Numbered from the stretch's first letter, positions 18,737 through 29,518 are shown. The stretch: DNA of 64,000 nucleotides from Obrimoposthia wandeli (GCA_977020255.1 CDROCS010000506.1:1674001-1738000), one strand, 5' to 3'. A program made the numbers and translations. The notes: a model not told the origin generated them from the sequence alone.

Positions 18737-20245
18737 TTAATCTTCTAGCCAATATGGTCGCATGGTTAACGCTTGCAGACGCGTCTGTTCCAGCGCTTCC
18801 AATAGTGACCGCTGTTTACGTGCTAATATCTTTTCAATTTGCACAGCGATCGTTGGCGGCTGCTGCTTTGCAACGTCCGTAAGCACCTCTAGGATCGCGA
18901 GATCATCGATACCCTGTAAAATATCTTGCCAAGGCAGTCTAAACTTATCACGACGTTCAGGTCGATAATGATGGCTAAAACAATGGCCAATTAATAAATT
19001 TTTCTTCAGCTTTTCTTGCAAGCCTAAATAGTCGCTCAACGTCAGTTCGGGAGCAGACAATGACGAATCCAGCACACTCTGCCAGCTTTTTTGTAAATGA
19101 GCATTGGCGAACGATAATACGTTGGCGGTATCGAGTTTCACACTCGTTAAACCTTCGCTTAATAACTTACTCACTGACAGCATAATGCGGGCATATCTTG
19201 GGCTATTAAATAACGTTTCAATATCAGTAAAATCAACATAACGAGTTTGCAGTGCTTCTACCTCTTTGCTAATACGCTTATATTCTGGCAATTTACGCAT
19301 AAATTGACCGTTCGTCAGCATGACCTGATGTAATTGCGAGGCACTACTAACCGCTGATAATTGCTGTTGTAGCCAAGCCAATTCTGTTTTACTTAAATCT
19401 ATATCAGGCAGTATCACGGCATAACTTTGCATCGTTTGTAAGATCAAAGCCACTGCAACATCAACTTCAGCAAGCGCATTAATGTCCTGCGTTTCTAAAT
19501 ACTGCTGCTCATGGTGCTGCCAATGCGCATAACTTTGCGTTAATGTCGCCATAAAAATATCCGTTAAACGCTCTGTTTTTAATCCTTTGCTTGCCACTGC
19601 TGGCATCTTCAAGGTCAGGGGTTTAATCTTCGGCGTATACAGACCTGCAAGTTGATAACCACGCTTAGCTTTGCTGACATTGCCCAAGCGTACGTTGCCT
19701 AATTGGGTAATTTGTTGTGCAAGGGTAAATAGATCGGTGATATCACCGCGTACCAACTCTAATTCAATCTCACAGATAGGGTAACTTTGTGTGCCACTAC
19801 GAGCCATGCCTTGATCGAATACCACTTCAATTTCAGCATCATTAGCTAATTTAATATGCCACATAGTACGCTCGAAATCTGTGGTAAATAGATCCACTAA
19901 GTCCGTTTGTAATTGCATAATATCAGTACCAACAGGCCAAATTTCAACGGGAAAATCAGCTAATGTAGGCACATCACCAAGTAACGGTAAGTTATATTCT
20001 GGGCGTTGGTGTAAGCCACCACGGACAATACCTGCGGTTTTAATTGTTTGCTCGGCAAAGTTTAAACTCTTGCGCGTACGTAAACCAAAGTCGAACTGAC
20101 GAAATTGGGACGTAGTTGTATCAAAATAAGTATTCGATAGCGGCTTTACCGCCTGTTCGATAATCACATAGTCCGCTAGTAGCATGGCTAATTGTGATTT
20201 CACTTGTGGTTTCACAACAAACTTTATTTCAACTTCCGTACTCAT
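18737..20245 (-). CDS. ygiF: CYTH + CHAD domain protein (inorganic triphosphatase)
   Basis: EVEIKF, NTYFDT, GLRTR, EQTIK, RPEYN, ICEIELEL, SKAKRGY; helical C-terminal CHAD region. Confidence 0.9.
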   Translation of the reverse strand: MSTEVEIKFVVKPQVKSQLAMLLADYVIIEQAVKPLSNTYFDTTTSQFRQFDFGLRTRKSLNFAEQTIKTAGIVRGGLHQRPEYNLPLLGDVPTLADFPVEIWPVGTDIMQLQTDLVDLFTTDFERTMWHIKLANDAEIEVVFDQGMARSGTQSYPICEIELELVRGDITDLFTLAQQITQLGNVRLGNVSKAKRGYQLAGLYTPKIKPLTLKMPAVASKGLKTERLTDIFMATLTQSYAHWQHHEQQYLETQDINALAEVDVAVALILQTMQSYAVILPDIDLSKTELAWLQQQLSAVSSASQLHQVMLTNGQFMRKLPEYKRISKEVEALQTRYVDFTDIETLFNSPRYARIMLSVSKLLSEGLTSVKLDTANVLSFANAHLQKSWQSVLDSSLSAPELTLSDYLGLQEKLKKNLLIGHCFSHHYRPERRDKFRLPWQDILQGIDDLAILEVLTDVAKQQPPTIAVQIEKILARKQRSLLEALEQTRLQALTMRPYWLED

Positions 20246-20486
20246 CCAGCCTCACTCGACTCATTAGGATAAAAACAATACGATAATAAACCAAACTATC
20301 TCGTACCTTAAGAAACAAAATTTACCAATTATTTTAAAAGCTGTCTAAGGTTAAATCTTCAATTCGTGAATAATATTTATAGTAAAAACCAAAATATATT
20401 GATTATGGTCTAATTCAATCACGAATAAGGCAATTTTTATATTGCAAACTCCTGAGAGTTGTTTAACATTCCCGACATCTTCAAAA

Positions 20487-20504
20487 GTGTCATCTTATTG
20501 TCAC
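20487..20504 (+). promoter_or_regulatory. Putative Pho box in the DUF47-pit leader
   Basis: GTGTCAT-CTTA-TTGTCAC, 11-bp-spaced direct repeat resembling CTGTCAT-N4-CTGTCAY. Confidence 0.55.
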
Positions 20505-20515
20505 ATACATGGATT

Positions 20516-21202
20516 ATGGCTATGCCAGTAAATACTATTTTAGGACTTTTTGCTAAGTCACCGATTACACCGTTACAAGAACACATCACGAAAGTGCATG
20601 AGACTTGTGAATTGTTAGTGCCATTCTTTGCTGCAACAACAGAACAAGATTGGGATAAAGCGGAAAAAATTCGTCAGGAAATTTCTCAATGCGAGAGAGA
20701 TGCAGACGTATTAAAGCGTGAAATTCGCCTTAAGTTACCACGTGGTATCTTCATGCCTGTTGATCGTACCGATTTACTAGACCTACTTACACAACAAGAT
20801 AAAATTGCCAATCGTGCAAAAGATATTGCTGGTCGTGTGATCGGTCGTAACTTACAACTTCCTGCTGAAATTGCTGAAGACTTCACAACTTATCTAAAAC
20901 GTTGCATTGACGCGACGGCACTGGCTAAGAAAGCCATTAATGAATTAGATGAGTTGATTGAAACAGGCTTTAAAGGTCGCGAAGTCGATCTTGTTGAAAA
21001 TATGATCAATGAACTTGATTGTATCGAAGATGATACCGATGCAATGCAAATTGTACTTCGCCAAAAATTACTTTCAATTGAAAATAACTATAATCCAATT
21101 GATGTTATGTTCCTTTACAAAATCTTAGAGTGGGTTGGCGGATTAGCTGACCAAGCTGAAACTGTTGGCGCTCGTCTTGAGCTAATGCTAGCGCGTAATT
21201 AA
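20516..21202 (+). CDS. TIGR00153/DUF47 phosphate transport regulator
   Basis: LFAKSPITPLQEH, ADVLKREIRL.LP.GIFMPVDRTDLL, QDKIANRAKDIAG; precedes pit. Start at 20516 or 20522. Confidence 0.92.
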   Translation: MAMPVNTILGLFAKSPITPLQEHITKVHETCELLVPFFAATTEQDWDKAEKIRQEISQCERDADVLKREIRLKLPRGIFMPVDRTDLLDLLTQQDKIANRAKDIAGRVIGRNLQLPAEIAEDFTTYLKRCIDATALAKKAINELDELIETGFKGREVDLVENMINELDCIEDDTDAMQIVLRQKLLSIENNYNPIDVMFLYKILEWVGGLADQAETVGARLELMLARN

Positions 21203-21224
21203 GATCATTACAGGTATATAAATA

Positions 21225-22499
21225 ATGGAAATCATTCAAGCATACGGCCCTTATCTATTGATGATGGCAGCAGTCTTTGGCCTTTACATGGCGTGGGGCA
21301 TCGGTGCAAATGACGTTGCAAATGCAATGGGCACATCAGTTGGTACTAAATCACTTACAGTAAAACAAGCAATTCTTATTGCAATGGTTTTTGAATTTGC
21401 CGGGGCTTACTTAGCCGGTGGTGAAGTGACAGATACTGTGCGTAAAGGTATTGTTGACCTTGCGGTCTTTAAAGAAACTAACCGTCCTGATGCGCTAGCA
21501 TTTGGTATGATCTCAGCGCTACTTGCTGCAGGTACTTGGTTAATGATCGCCTCAATCTTTGGCTGGCCGGTATCAACAACGCACTCTATTGTTGGTGCGA
21601 TTGTTGGTTTTGCCTTAGTAAGTGTTGGTCCTGAAGCAGTACAATGGGGTAAAGCAGGTGGTATCGTAGGGAGCTGGGTGGTCACACCGATACTCTCCGG
21701 TGTCATAGCCTATGTCACCTTTATGAGTATTCAAAAACTTATTTTTGATACCAAAGATCCACTCGCTAACGCAAAACGTTATGTGCCTTTTTACATGGCA
21801 TTAACGACGTTCGTGATCGCAATGGTAACGATTAAGAAAGGTCTGAAACACGTTGGTTTACACCTAACAACAACGGAAGGTATTATTGCTTCAGCGGCTA
21901 TCAGCTTACTTGTTGCAATCGCCGGTGCCGTGTATATCAGCAGACAGAAATACAGCCCAAGCAATGATAAAGACATGCATTTCTCGAACGTAGAGAAAGT
22001 GTTTGGTATCTTAATGATCATCACAGCTTGTGCAATGGCATTTGCCCACGGTTCAAATGACGTAGCTAACGCGATCGGTCCACTGGCCGCAGTTGTTTCT
22101 ATCGTTGAACACGGTGGTGAAATTGCCGAGAAAGCTGAAATCACATGGTGGATCTTACCGCTAGGTGGTTTAGGTATCGTGATTGGTCTAGCGACTATGG
22201 GTCATAAAGTAATGTCTACCGTTGGTACTGGCATTACCGAACTAACACCAAGTCGTGGTTTTGCAGCGCAATTAGCAACAGCTACAACCGTTGTTATTGC
22301 CTCAGGCTCAGGTTTACCTATCTCAACAACGCAAACCCTTGTGGGTGGCGTGCTGGGTGTGGGTATGGCGCGTGGTATCGCGGCCTTGAACCTTAATGTA
22401 GTAAGAACAATCGTGGTATCTTGGATTGTAACCTTACCTGCGGGTGCAATCTTATCAATTATCTTCTACAAGATCTTAGAAGCTATCTTTGTAGTGTAA
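21225..22499 (+). CDS. pit: Inorganic phosphate transporter, PiT family
   Basis: GIGANDVANAMGTSVG and HGSNDVANAIGP signature repeats, PVSTTH, PISTTQ. Confidence 0.95.
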   Translation: MEIIQAYGPYLLMMAAVFGLYMAWGIGANDVANAMGTSVGTKSLTVKQAILIAMVFEFAGAYLAGGEVTDTVRKGIVDLAVFKETNRPDALAFGMISALLAAGTWLMIASIFGWPVSTTHSIVGAIVGFALVSVGPEAVQWGKAGGIVGSWVVTPILSGVIAYVTFMSIQKLIFDTKDPLANAKRYVPFYMALTTFVIAMVTIKKGLKHVGLHLTTTEGIIASAAISLLVAIAGAVYISRQKYSPSNDKDMHFSNVEKVFGILMIITACAMAFAHGSNDVANAIGPLAAVVSIVEHGGEIAEKAEITWWILPLGGLGIVIGLATMGHKVMSTVGTGITELTPSRGFAAQLATATTVVIASGSGLPISTTQTLVGGVLGVGMARGIAALNLNVVRTIVVSWIVTLPAGAILSIIFYKILEAIFVV

Positions 22500-22517
22500 T
22501 TGGTTACATTGTTTTGG

Positions 22518-22548
22518 AAAGGCCATCAATTTATTGATGGCCTTTTTT
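22518..22548 (+). terminator. Intrinsic terminator after pit
   Basis: AAAGGCCATCAAT-TT-ATTGATGGCCTTTTTT. Confidence 0.8.
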
Positions 22549-22660
22549 GTAAATCCAATAAATTTCTATTTTTATGACGGTAAAATAGCATCTGAGGCTT
22601 GTCGAAATTCGATTTTATACTTATTATGCTTATCAGAATATTTCGTCTACAGGACATCTT

Positions 22661-23308
22661 GTGAAGATCAAAAAACTCATTATAGCAACACTGCTAACAC
22701 TCGTTAGTTTATCGAGCTTTGCGAAAGAAACACGTTACATCAGTGACGACGTGTCTATTTTTATGCATTCTGGCCCGGGGACTCAATATCGCATCATCGG
22801 TACAATTAAAGCCGGTGAAGCCGTCACCTATTTACAGACTAATGCTGGCACTAACTATGTGCAGATAACCACAAGCAAGAACAAGACAGCTTGGATTGAT
22901 GGTGCATCACTATCACGCCAAGTCAGTTTGAAAATTCGCGCGCCTAAGCTACAAGCAGAACTGGCAAAAACCAAAGACGCATTAGCAAAAATCAACAGTA
23001 AAAACTCAGCCGCTATGGCCGAGTTAACGGCTGCGAATAGTAATGAACTAGCAGAAAAACAAGCAGGTATCGCAGCGCAATCGAATAACATTGCCTCTTT
23101 AACAGCTGAAAACACAGCTTTAACAGATGAAGCTGTACGCTTACGTGACGAAAATGAGCAACTATCTGCACGTTTAGACACCAAAGAAGAAGATGAACAA
23201 CATCGCTTTATTCTGCTTGGTGCATTAATTCTTGCTGCAGGTTTAATTGCTGGATTAATCATTCCATCAATTCGTTTCCGTCGTAAGAAAAATAACGGTT
23301 GGGACTAG
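22661..23308 (+). CDS. ygiM: TIGR04211 SH3-domain protein
   Basis: Signal peptide, RYISDD..FMHSGPGTQYRIIG, coiled coil, C-terminal TM plus RRKK; promoter-like TTGTCG-17-TATTAT at 22599-22627. Confidence 0.88.
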   Translation: MKIKKLIIATLLTLVSLSSFAKETRYISDDVSIFMHSGPGTQYRIIGTIKAGEAVTYLQTNAGTNYVQITTSKNKTAWIDGASLSRQVSLKIRAPKLQAELAKTKDALAKINSKNSAAMAELTAANSNELAEKQAGIAAQSNNIASLTAENTALTDEAVRLRDENEQLSARLDTKEEDEQHRFILLGALILAAGLIAGLIIPSIRFRRKKNNGWD

Positions 23309-23362
23309 TCACCTAGTAACTGAATCGTAAAATAATGCCATTAAGTCACCTTAATCGCAGAT

Positions 23363-23398
23363 AAAAAAAAGGATATTCAGCAATGAATATCCTTTTTT
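23363..23398. terminator. Bidirectional terminator between ygiM and yaaA
   Basis: A8-GGATATTCA-GCAA-TGAATATCC-T6. Confidence 0.85.
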
Positions 23399-23447
23399 AT
23401 TAACGCGATTTTATAGCAATCATTTATCGCAGCAAAGCCAGCGCTCA

Positions 23448-24227
23448 CTACTTAAATATTTCATCTCGTTTAAACACCAATTCAATATCGGTTGATTCCG
23501 CTTCACAATAGTAATAACCATCAGTATCAAATGCTGTTAGCTGCTCGATATCCGTTAACTGATTTTCAATAATGTAACGCGCCATCAGACCACGTGCTTT
23601 TTTGGCGTAAAAACTAATAATTTTGAATTTACCCGCTTTGCAGTCTTTAAATACCGGTGTAATAACACGGCCTTTTAAACGTTTCTTTTGTACCGCTTTA
23701 AAATATTCATTTGATGCTAAGTTAATTAATACTTTATCGCCTTGCGCTACCAGCGTTTCGTTCACTTTATCAGTCACGATATCGCCCCAGAACTGATACA
23801 AGTTAGTACCACGACCATTGGCTAGCTTAGTACCCATTTCTAGGCGGTAGGCTTTAATCAAATCAAGCGGTCGTAATAAACCATATAACCCAGATAAAAT
23901 ACGGAAGTGTTGCTGGGCAAATGCCATATCATCAGCAGTAAACGTTTCTGCATCTAAGCCAGTGTATACGTCACCTTTAAAAGCAAATACCGCTTGTTTG
24001 GCATTAGCAGGTGTGAATTCGCTCGACCATTCAGTAAAGCGAGCCGCATTTAATCCAGCTAATTTATCACTTATTTTCATCAGTGAAGATAAATCTACTG
24101 GCGTTAATTGACGGCAAACATCAATCAACTCAGCCGAATCAACCGTTAAGTCAGCTTGGCTATATTGCTCAACAACAGGCGGCGTTTCAAAATCGAGTGT
24201 CTTAGCCGGTGATACCACTATTAACAT
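23448..24227 (-). CDS. yaaA: Peroxide stress protein YaaA (UPF0246)
   Basis: [55 protein letters not shown]. Confidence 0.96.
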   Translation of the reverse strand: MLIVVSPAKTLDFETPPVVEQYSQADLTVDSAELIDVCRQLTPVDLSSLMKISDKLAGLNAARFTEWSSEFTPANAKQAVFAFKGDVYTGLDAETFTADDMAFAQQHFRILSGLYGLLRPLDLIKAYRLEMGTKLANGRGTNLYQFWGDIVTDKVNETLVAQGDKVLINLASNEYFKAVQKKRLKGRVITPVFKDCKAGKFKIISFYAKKARGLMARYIIENQLTDIEQLTAFDTDGYYYCEAESTDIELVFKRDEIFK

Positions 24228-24257
24228 AACTCTTCCTTATCTCTCTTAAACTGAACT

Positions 24258-24353
24258 TCAACTACAATAGCCCTAAACTAAAATAGTTCTAAACTACAGT
24301 AGTCTTAAACTGAAATAGTTCTAAACTGAAATAGTCTTAAACTAAAATGTGCT
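24258..24353. repeat. Six tandem 16-bp units, consensus TAAACTRMAATAGTYY
   Basis: Units start at 24258, 24274, 24290, 24306, 24322 and 24338. Confidence 0.9.
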
Positions 24354-24368
24354 CATAAACGCTAACGA

Positions 24369-25484
24369 TTACAAGGCTTCAATTGTTATGCCATCAAGCA
24401 TACCATCACTACTCGTTTGACCTTGATTTAACTTAATCATTAAGCGTAAATCGTTGGGTGAGTCTGCATAATGCAGGGCTTCGGTATAACTGATCATACT
24501 GTTATCATAAAGCGCTAATAACGCTTGATCATAAGTTTGCATGCCCAACTCTACTGACTTAGCCATTATTTCTTTAATTTTATGTAGCTCATTTTTACGA
24601 ATTAATTCACTTACTAATGGGCTGTTCAATAATATTTCAAATACACCGCGACGACTAGTGCCCCCTTGTACGGGTATTAATTGCTGCGCAACGATCGCTT
24701 TCAGGTTAAGTGACAAGTCATATAACAATTGCGCATGTTTCTCTTTTGGCACTAGATGCAAAATACGGTCAATAGCTTGATTGGCATTGGTTGCATGTAA
24801 CGTCGCCATACATAAGTGCCCTGTTTCAGCAAACGCCAAGGCAAATTCCATCGTTTCTTGCGAACGTATTTCACCAATTAAGATCACATCAGGTGCCTGA
24901 CGTAATGAACTCTTCAAGGCATCTTCAAACGATTCGGTATCAATACCCACTTCACGTTGAGTGACGATACAGCTTTGATGTTCGTGGACAAACTCAATCG
25001 GATCTTCAATCGTTAAAATATGTCCTGATGAATTTTGATTACGGTAACCCACCATAGCCGCTTGCGTGGTCGATTTACCCGAGCCTGTCGCACCAACAAC
25101 CAGTACTAAACCACGTTTTTCTAATGCAGTCTGCTTTAATATTGCTGGTAGATATAGGTCATCCATCGCCGGGATCTCTGTTTCAATCCGGCGGATCACC
25201 ATACCGGCTTTTTCGAGTTGCCAAAATGCGCTAACACGGAAACGCCCTATATCGGGGAAAAACAAACCAAAATTAGACTCTTTAGTCTTACAAAAAGAGG
25301 CGTACTCATCATCCGACATTGCCTCTTTAACCAAGGCTAGCGACTGCTCTGATGTTAATTTATGCTCTGATATCGCCCGCAATGAGCCATGTACTTTCAC
25401 TGTCGGCGCAATACCCGCAGAAATATACATATCAGAACCTTCGAGCTTTTTCATCGCACTAAAGAGCTGTGGTAGCATTCCCAT
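24369..25484 (-). CDS. pilU: Type IV pilus retraction ATPase PilU
   Basis: GATGSGKST, EDPIE, LRQAPDVILIGE, TLHATNANQAIDRI; follows pilT; start placed at 25484 from RBS spacing. Confidence 0.93.
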   Translation of the reverse strand: MGMLPQLFSAMKKLEGSDMYISAGIAPTVKVHGSLRAISEHKLTSEQSLALVKEAMSDDEYASFCKTKESNFGLFFPDIGRFRVSAFWQLEKAGMVIRRIETEIPAMDDLYLPAILKQTALEKRGLVLVVGATGSGKSTTQAAMVGYRNQNSSGHILTIEDPIEFVHEHQSCIVTQREVGIDTESFEDALKSSLRQAPDVILIGEIRSQETMEFALAFAETGHLCMATLHATNANQAIDRILHLVPKEKHAQLLYDLSLNLKAIVAQQLIPVQGGTSRRGVFEILLNSPLVSELIRKNELHKIKEIMAKSVELGMQTYDQALLALYDNSMISYTEALHYADSPNDLRLMIKLNQGQTSSDGMLDGITIEAL

Positions 25485-25536
25485 GTTATTCATCCTTAAA
25501 AACTGTTCATTTATTTTCAAACACTTTTATTCATGT

Positions 25537-26571
25537 TTAAAAACTTTGTTGATCAACCGCTCTGATGCGTGCTTCTTCCGTCGAGACAATACCCATATTA
25601 ACCAATTCACGTAACGATTGATCTAATGTTTGCATGCCGTGCATCATACCTGTTTGGATCACCGAATACATCTGCGCGACTTTATCTTCACGGATCAAGT
25701 TACGGATCGCAGGGGTACCAAGCATGATCTCATGGGCTGCAACACGACCACCACCAGTACGTTTTAATAACGTTTGCGAAATTACCGCACGCAGTGATTC
25801 AGACAACATAGATCGCACCATGTCTTTTTCTTGTCCAGGGAATACATCGACAATACGGTCAATGGTTTTTGCGGCAGAGGTTGTATGCAAGGTGCCAAAT
25901 ACCAAGTGTCCGGTTTCAGCCGCTGTTAATGCCAAACGGATGGTTTCTAAATCACGCATTTCACCCACTAAGATAACATCCGGATCTTCACGTAATGAAG
26001 AACGTAATGCGGCATTAAAGCTCTTGGTATCACGGAATACTTCACGCTGATTAATCAAACTTTTCTTATTTTGGTGCACAAATTCAATCGGATCTTCGAT
26101 GGTCAAAATGTGCTTATGCTGATGTTCATTAATATGATCGACCATCGCCGCCAATGTTGTCGATTTACCAGAACCAGTCGGCCCGGTTACCAAGACTAAA
26201 CCACGTGGCAAGTTAACTAAATCATGCAGAATATCTGGTACGCTTAACTCGGCCATGGTTTTTATTTCACTGGGAATAGTACGAAACGTTGCAGCTGGAC
26301 CACGGTGTTGGTTGAATGCATTCACACGAAAACGGGCAACGTTATTAATTTCAAAAGAAAAATCGACTTCCAAATGTTCTTCATAGTCTTTGCGTTGTTT
26401 ATCATCCATAATGTCATAAATCAGCGCATGAACTTGTTTAGCATCAAAAGCGGGTAAGTTTATTTTACGTACATCACCATCCACGCGGATCATCGGTGGC
26501 ACACCCGAAGAAAGGTGTAGATCTGATGCGTTATGCTTTACACTAAATGTAAGTAACTCTGTAACATCCAT
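25537..26571 (-). CDS. pilT: Type IV pilus retraction ATPase PilT
   Basis: ASDLHLSSG, GPTGSGKST, LREDPDVILVGE, AIRNLIRE; start placed at 26571. Confidence 0.97.
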   Translation of the reverse strand: MDVTELLTFSVKHNASDLHLSSGVPPMIRVDGDVRKINLPAFDAKQVHALIYDIMDDKQRKDYEEHLEVDFSFEINNVARFRVNAFNQHRGPAATFRTIPSEIKTMAELSVPDILHDLVNLPRGLVLVTGPTGSGKSTTLAAMVDHINEHQHKHILTIEDPIEFVHQNKKSLINQREVFRDTKSFNAALRSSLREDPDVILVGEMRDLETIRLALTAAETGHLVFGTLHTTSAAKTIDRIVDVFPGQEKDMVRSMLSESLRAVISQTLLKRTGGGRVAAHEIMLGTPAIRNLIREDKVAQMYSVIQTGMMHGMQTLDQSLRELVNMGIVSTEEARIRAVDQQSF

Positions 26572-26602
26572 ATTCTTTTTAACCTCATTTGCAAGTAACA
26601 TC

Positions 26603-27298
26603 ATGAATAGTATATCAACACGATTACAACAGGTTCTGACTCAAATTGACAACGCGGCAAGCACATCTTGCAAAAAAAGGTCTGAAATTAACCTGCTTGC
26701 AGTAAGTAAAACCAAACCCGTCGAACAAGTGATGGCGGTTTACGCACTCGGGCAACGTAAATTTGGTGAAAACTACCTGCAAGAGGCAGTAGAAAAGATC
26801 ATTTACCTGCAGCAAGACGGTCATTACGACGATATTGAGTGGCATTTCATTGGTCCTATCCAATCAAATAAGACCCGTCCAATCGCCGAGCATTTCGATT
26901 GGGTACAAAGTATCGACCGTTTAAAAGTAGCGCAGCGACTTAATGATCAACGCCCTGCTGAGATGGCTAAATTGAACGTCTGTATTCAAGTCAACATCAG
27001 TGCTGAAGACAGTAAATCAGGTGCAGACTTGGCACAAGCACGACAGCTAGCAGAGCAAGTAACTCTATTACCTAATTTGGTATTACGTGGGATCATGGCC
27101 ATCCCAGAAAAAACAGCTGACCTCGACAAGCTTAAATCGCAATTTAACCAGCTTGAATCCTTGTATTTATCACTTCAGCACCAATATAACCAAATAGATA
27201 CACTATCGATGGGCATGACCAACGATATGGAACTTGCTATTGCGCAAGGCAGCAACATGGTACGTGTAGGCACTGCCATTTTTGGTGCGCGCGGCTGA
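26603..27298 (+). CDS. yggS: PLP homeostasis protein YggS
   Basis: LLAVSKT, FGENYLQE, WHFIGPIQSNK, LSMGMTND, VRVGTAIFG. Confidence 0.97.
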   Translation: MNSISTRLQQVLTQIDNAASTSCKKRSEINLLAVSKTKPVEQVMAVYALGQRKFGENYLQEAVEKIIYLQQDGHYDDIEWHFIGPIQSNKTRPIAEHFDWVQSIDRLKVAQRLNDQRPAEMAKLNVCIQVNISAEDSKSGADLAQARQLAEQVTLLPNLVLRGIMAIPEKTADLDKLKSQFNQLESLYLSLQHQYNQIDTLSMGMTNDMELAIAQGSNMVRVGTAIFGARG

Positions 27299-27354
27299 CA
27301 CCCCCTGTCTATGGAATTAGACAGTAATAATCACGTATAAGGAATTAAACAGTC

Positions 27355-28182
27355 ATGATCACGAATAAAAAAATCGCCTTTATCGGTGCAGGAAATATGG
27401 CGAGCAGCCTTATCGGCGGTATGATCACAGATGGTTATCCTGCTGAGTTAATTTATGCAGCAAGTCCGACACGAACACGCTTAGATGTACTTGAAGAAAA
27501 ATTTGCGATTAATACTACGCAAGATAATCATTTTGCTGTCGCTGAAGCCGATATTATTATTCTGGCCGTCAAGCCCCAGCTGATGGGTGACGTATGTTCT
27601 CACTTGGCTGAGCAGAGTAGCGATTATCGTGGTAAGTTATTTGTTTCCGTTGCCGCAGGTGTCACGGTTGAGCGTTTACAGAGTCTACTCGCTGACAATC
27701 AACCCATCGTTCGTACTATGCCAAATACACCAGCATTAGTACAAAAAGGCATGACGGGTTTATTCCCATCACCAGAAGTGTCAGATGAAGATATCAAAAC
27801 TATCGACCAAATTATGATGGCAGTGGGAAAAACTTGCTGGGTTGATAATGAAGCGGATTTAAATACCATTATTGCTGCTACAGGTAGTTCACCTGCGTAT
27901 TTCTTCTTGTTTATGGAAGCCATGCAAGAAAGCATTATTGGCATGGGTTTCAGTCAACAACAAGCAAGAGAGTTAGTGCAACAGGCTGCGGCAGGGTCGG
28001 CTGAATTAGTCATTCAAAATCCGCACATAGATTTAGCGACATTACGCCAAAATGTCACCTCAAAAGGTGGCACGACAGCTGAAGCGATCCGTACTTTCGA
28101 AGAACAAGGCTTACGTGAAACAGTGAATACTGCCATGCAAGCTGCGGTTTCTCGTGCTGAAGAAATGCAAAAACTATTTTAA
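27355..28182 (+). CDS. proC: Pyrroline-5-carboxylate reductase
   Basis: FIGAGNMA, LAVKPQ, RTMPNTP, GSSPAY, VTSKGGTT. Confidence 0.97.
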   Translation: MITNKKIAFIGAGNMASSLIGGMITDGYPAELIYAASPTRTRLDVLEEKFAINTTQDNHFAVAEADIIILAVKPQLMGDVCSHLAEQSSDYRGKLFVSVAAGVTVERLQSLLADNQPIVRTMPNTPALVQKGMTGLFPSPEVSDEDIKTIDQIMMAVGKTCWVDNEADLNTIIAATGSSPAYFFLFMEAMQESIIGMGFSQQQARELVQQAAAGSAELVIQNPHIDLATLRQNVTSKGGTTAEAIRTFEEQGLRETVNTAMQAAVSRAEEMQKLF

Positions 28183-28292
28183 TAAATCGATTTAATGAAC
28201 AGACACAACGGCATCATGCTGTTGCGTCTCTAATCTGACTAGGAACTGCTTAATTAAAATAAGCAGTTCACAATTAACTTAAAGGGTAATTT

Positions 28293-28838
28293 ATGAACGC
28301 GGCTAACTTTTTGGTCAGTATCTTATTTGAAACATACATCCTCATCATCCTGCTACGCGTATGGTTACAACTAGCTCGTGCTGATTTTTATAATCCAATG
28401 AGCCAATTTATTGTCAAAGCAACGCAGCCTGTTGTGCGACCATTACGTCGCGTGATCCCAAGCCTGGGTAGCTTAGATCTAGCATCGGTGGTCTTTGCTT
28501 ATGTTGTAGCATGTGCGATGATTTATACTTTATTTGGAATACAAACAGGCGCAGTAGCACCAATCCAAGATGTACTTCTTTTCGCGGCAATTAAATTACT
28601 TAAACAATGCTTTAGCTTAGTATTCTACGTATTAATTTTACGTGCAATTTTAAGCTGGGTTAGCCAAGGTAACAGCCCAGTTGAGAATGTATTATCACAA
28701 CTAAGTGAACCGATTTTATCACCAATTCGCCGTATTATTCCGGCAATTGGCGGTCTAGACTTATCAATGCTAGTTGCGATCTTAGGTCTACAGTTTTTAC
28801 AAATTTTAATCGGTGATCTAACCGGTATTCCATTCTAG
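28293..28838 (+). CDS. yggT: YggT family membrane protein
   Basis: RADFYNPMSQFIVKATQP, two YGGT repeats, IGGLDLS. Confidence 0.95.
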   Translation: MNAANFLVSILFETYILIILLRVWLQLARADFYNPMSQFIVKATQPVVRPLRRVIPSLGSLDLASVVFAYVVACAMIYTLFGIQTGAVAPIQDVLLFAAIKLLKQCFSLVFYVLILRAILSWVSQGNSPVENVLSQLSEPILSPIRRIIPAIGGLDLSMLVAILGLQFLQILIGDLTGIPF

Positions 28839-28928
28839 TATCGCGATACTATTTTAGTACTATCATTTAATTAGTAACGCGAAATTAATGCAGAGCCAGT
28901 CTCTGCATTAATCTTTTAAGGAGCTCAC

Positions 28929-29357
28929 ATGTCAGTATTCTTCAAATCTTTATTACTCTCAATTACCTTACTTATTTCAGCAACAGCCAGTGCAGAACAA
29001 ATGCAAAAACTCGGTGATTGGGATGTCCATTACATTGCTTTCCCAAGCACCTTCTTGACCGCTGACGTTGCCTCTGAATATGATATCAACCGCAGTAAAT
29101 ACTTGGGCATTATTAATATTTCAGTACTCGATAGCGATTCGCTAAAAGCACAATCAGTTAAAATGACGGTTACTGCGCGTAATTTACTGGGCAATATTCG
29201 TGAACTAGATGTGCGTGAAATTCGTGAACAAGATGCGATTTATTACATTGCAGAAGTACCACACCGTAACGAAGAAACTTACCGAATCAAGGTAACGTTA
29301 AACAGCGGTAATCAAACTCAAGAGCTAAAATTCCAACAGAAGTTTTATGTTGATTAG
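28929..29357 (+). CDS. DUF4426 family periplasmic protein
   Basis: Signal peptide, VHYIAFPSTFLTADVA, ARNLLG, EQDAIYY; usual position before rdgB. Confidence 0.85.
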   Translation: MSVFFKSLLLSITLLISATASAEQMQKLGDWDVHYIAFPSTFLTADVASEYDINRSKYLGIINISVLDSDSLKAQSVKMTVTARNLLGNIRELDVREIREQDAIYYIAEVPHRNEETYRIKVTLNSGNQTQELKFQQKFYVD

Positions 29358-29518
29358 GCTTTATCCATGATTGGCAATCCTGTATAACCTGACTGCAAAT
29401 AAGAATACGATGATTAAATGATAGCGCGACGCCAGCGTTCGTTTAATCAATCGTTTTTAACGCTGTTTAATAAGTCATCATTTTTAACTGTTTTTAAATA
29501 AATCATATAAGGCCCACC

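Noticed and set aside
24258-24353. Possible CRISPR array
   Set aside because: Contiguous 16-bp units without unique spacers, and no cas genes
25066-25614. 182-aa plus-strand ORF
   Set aside because: Antisense to pilU/pilT; no independent support
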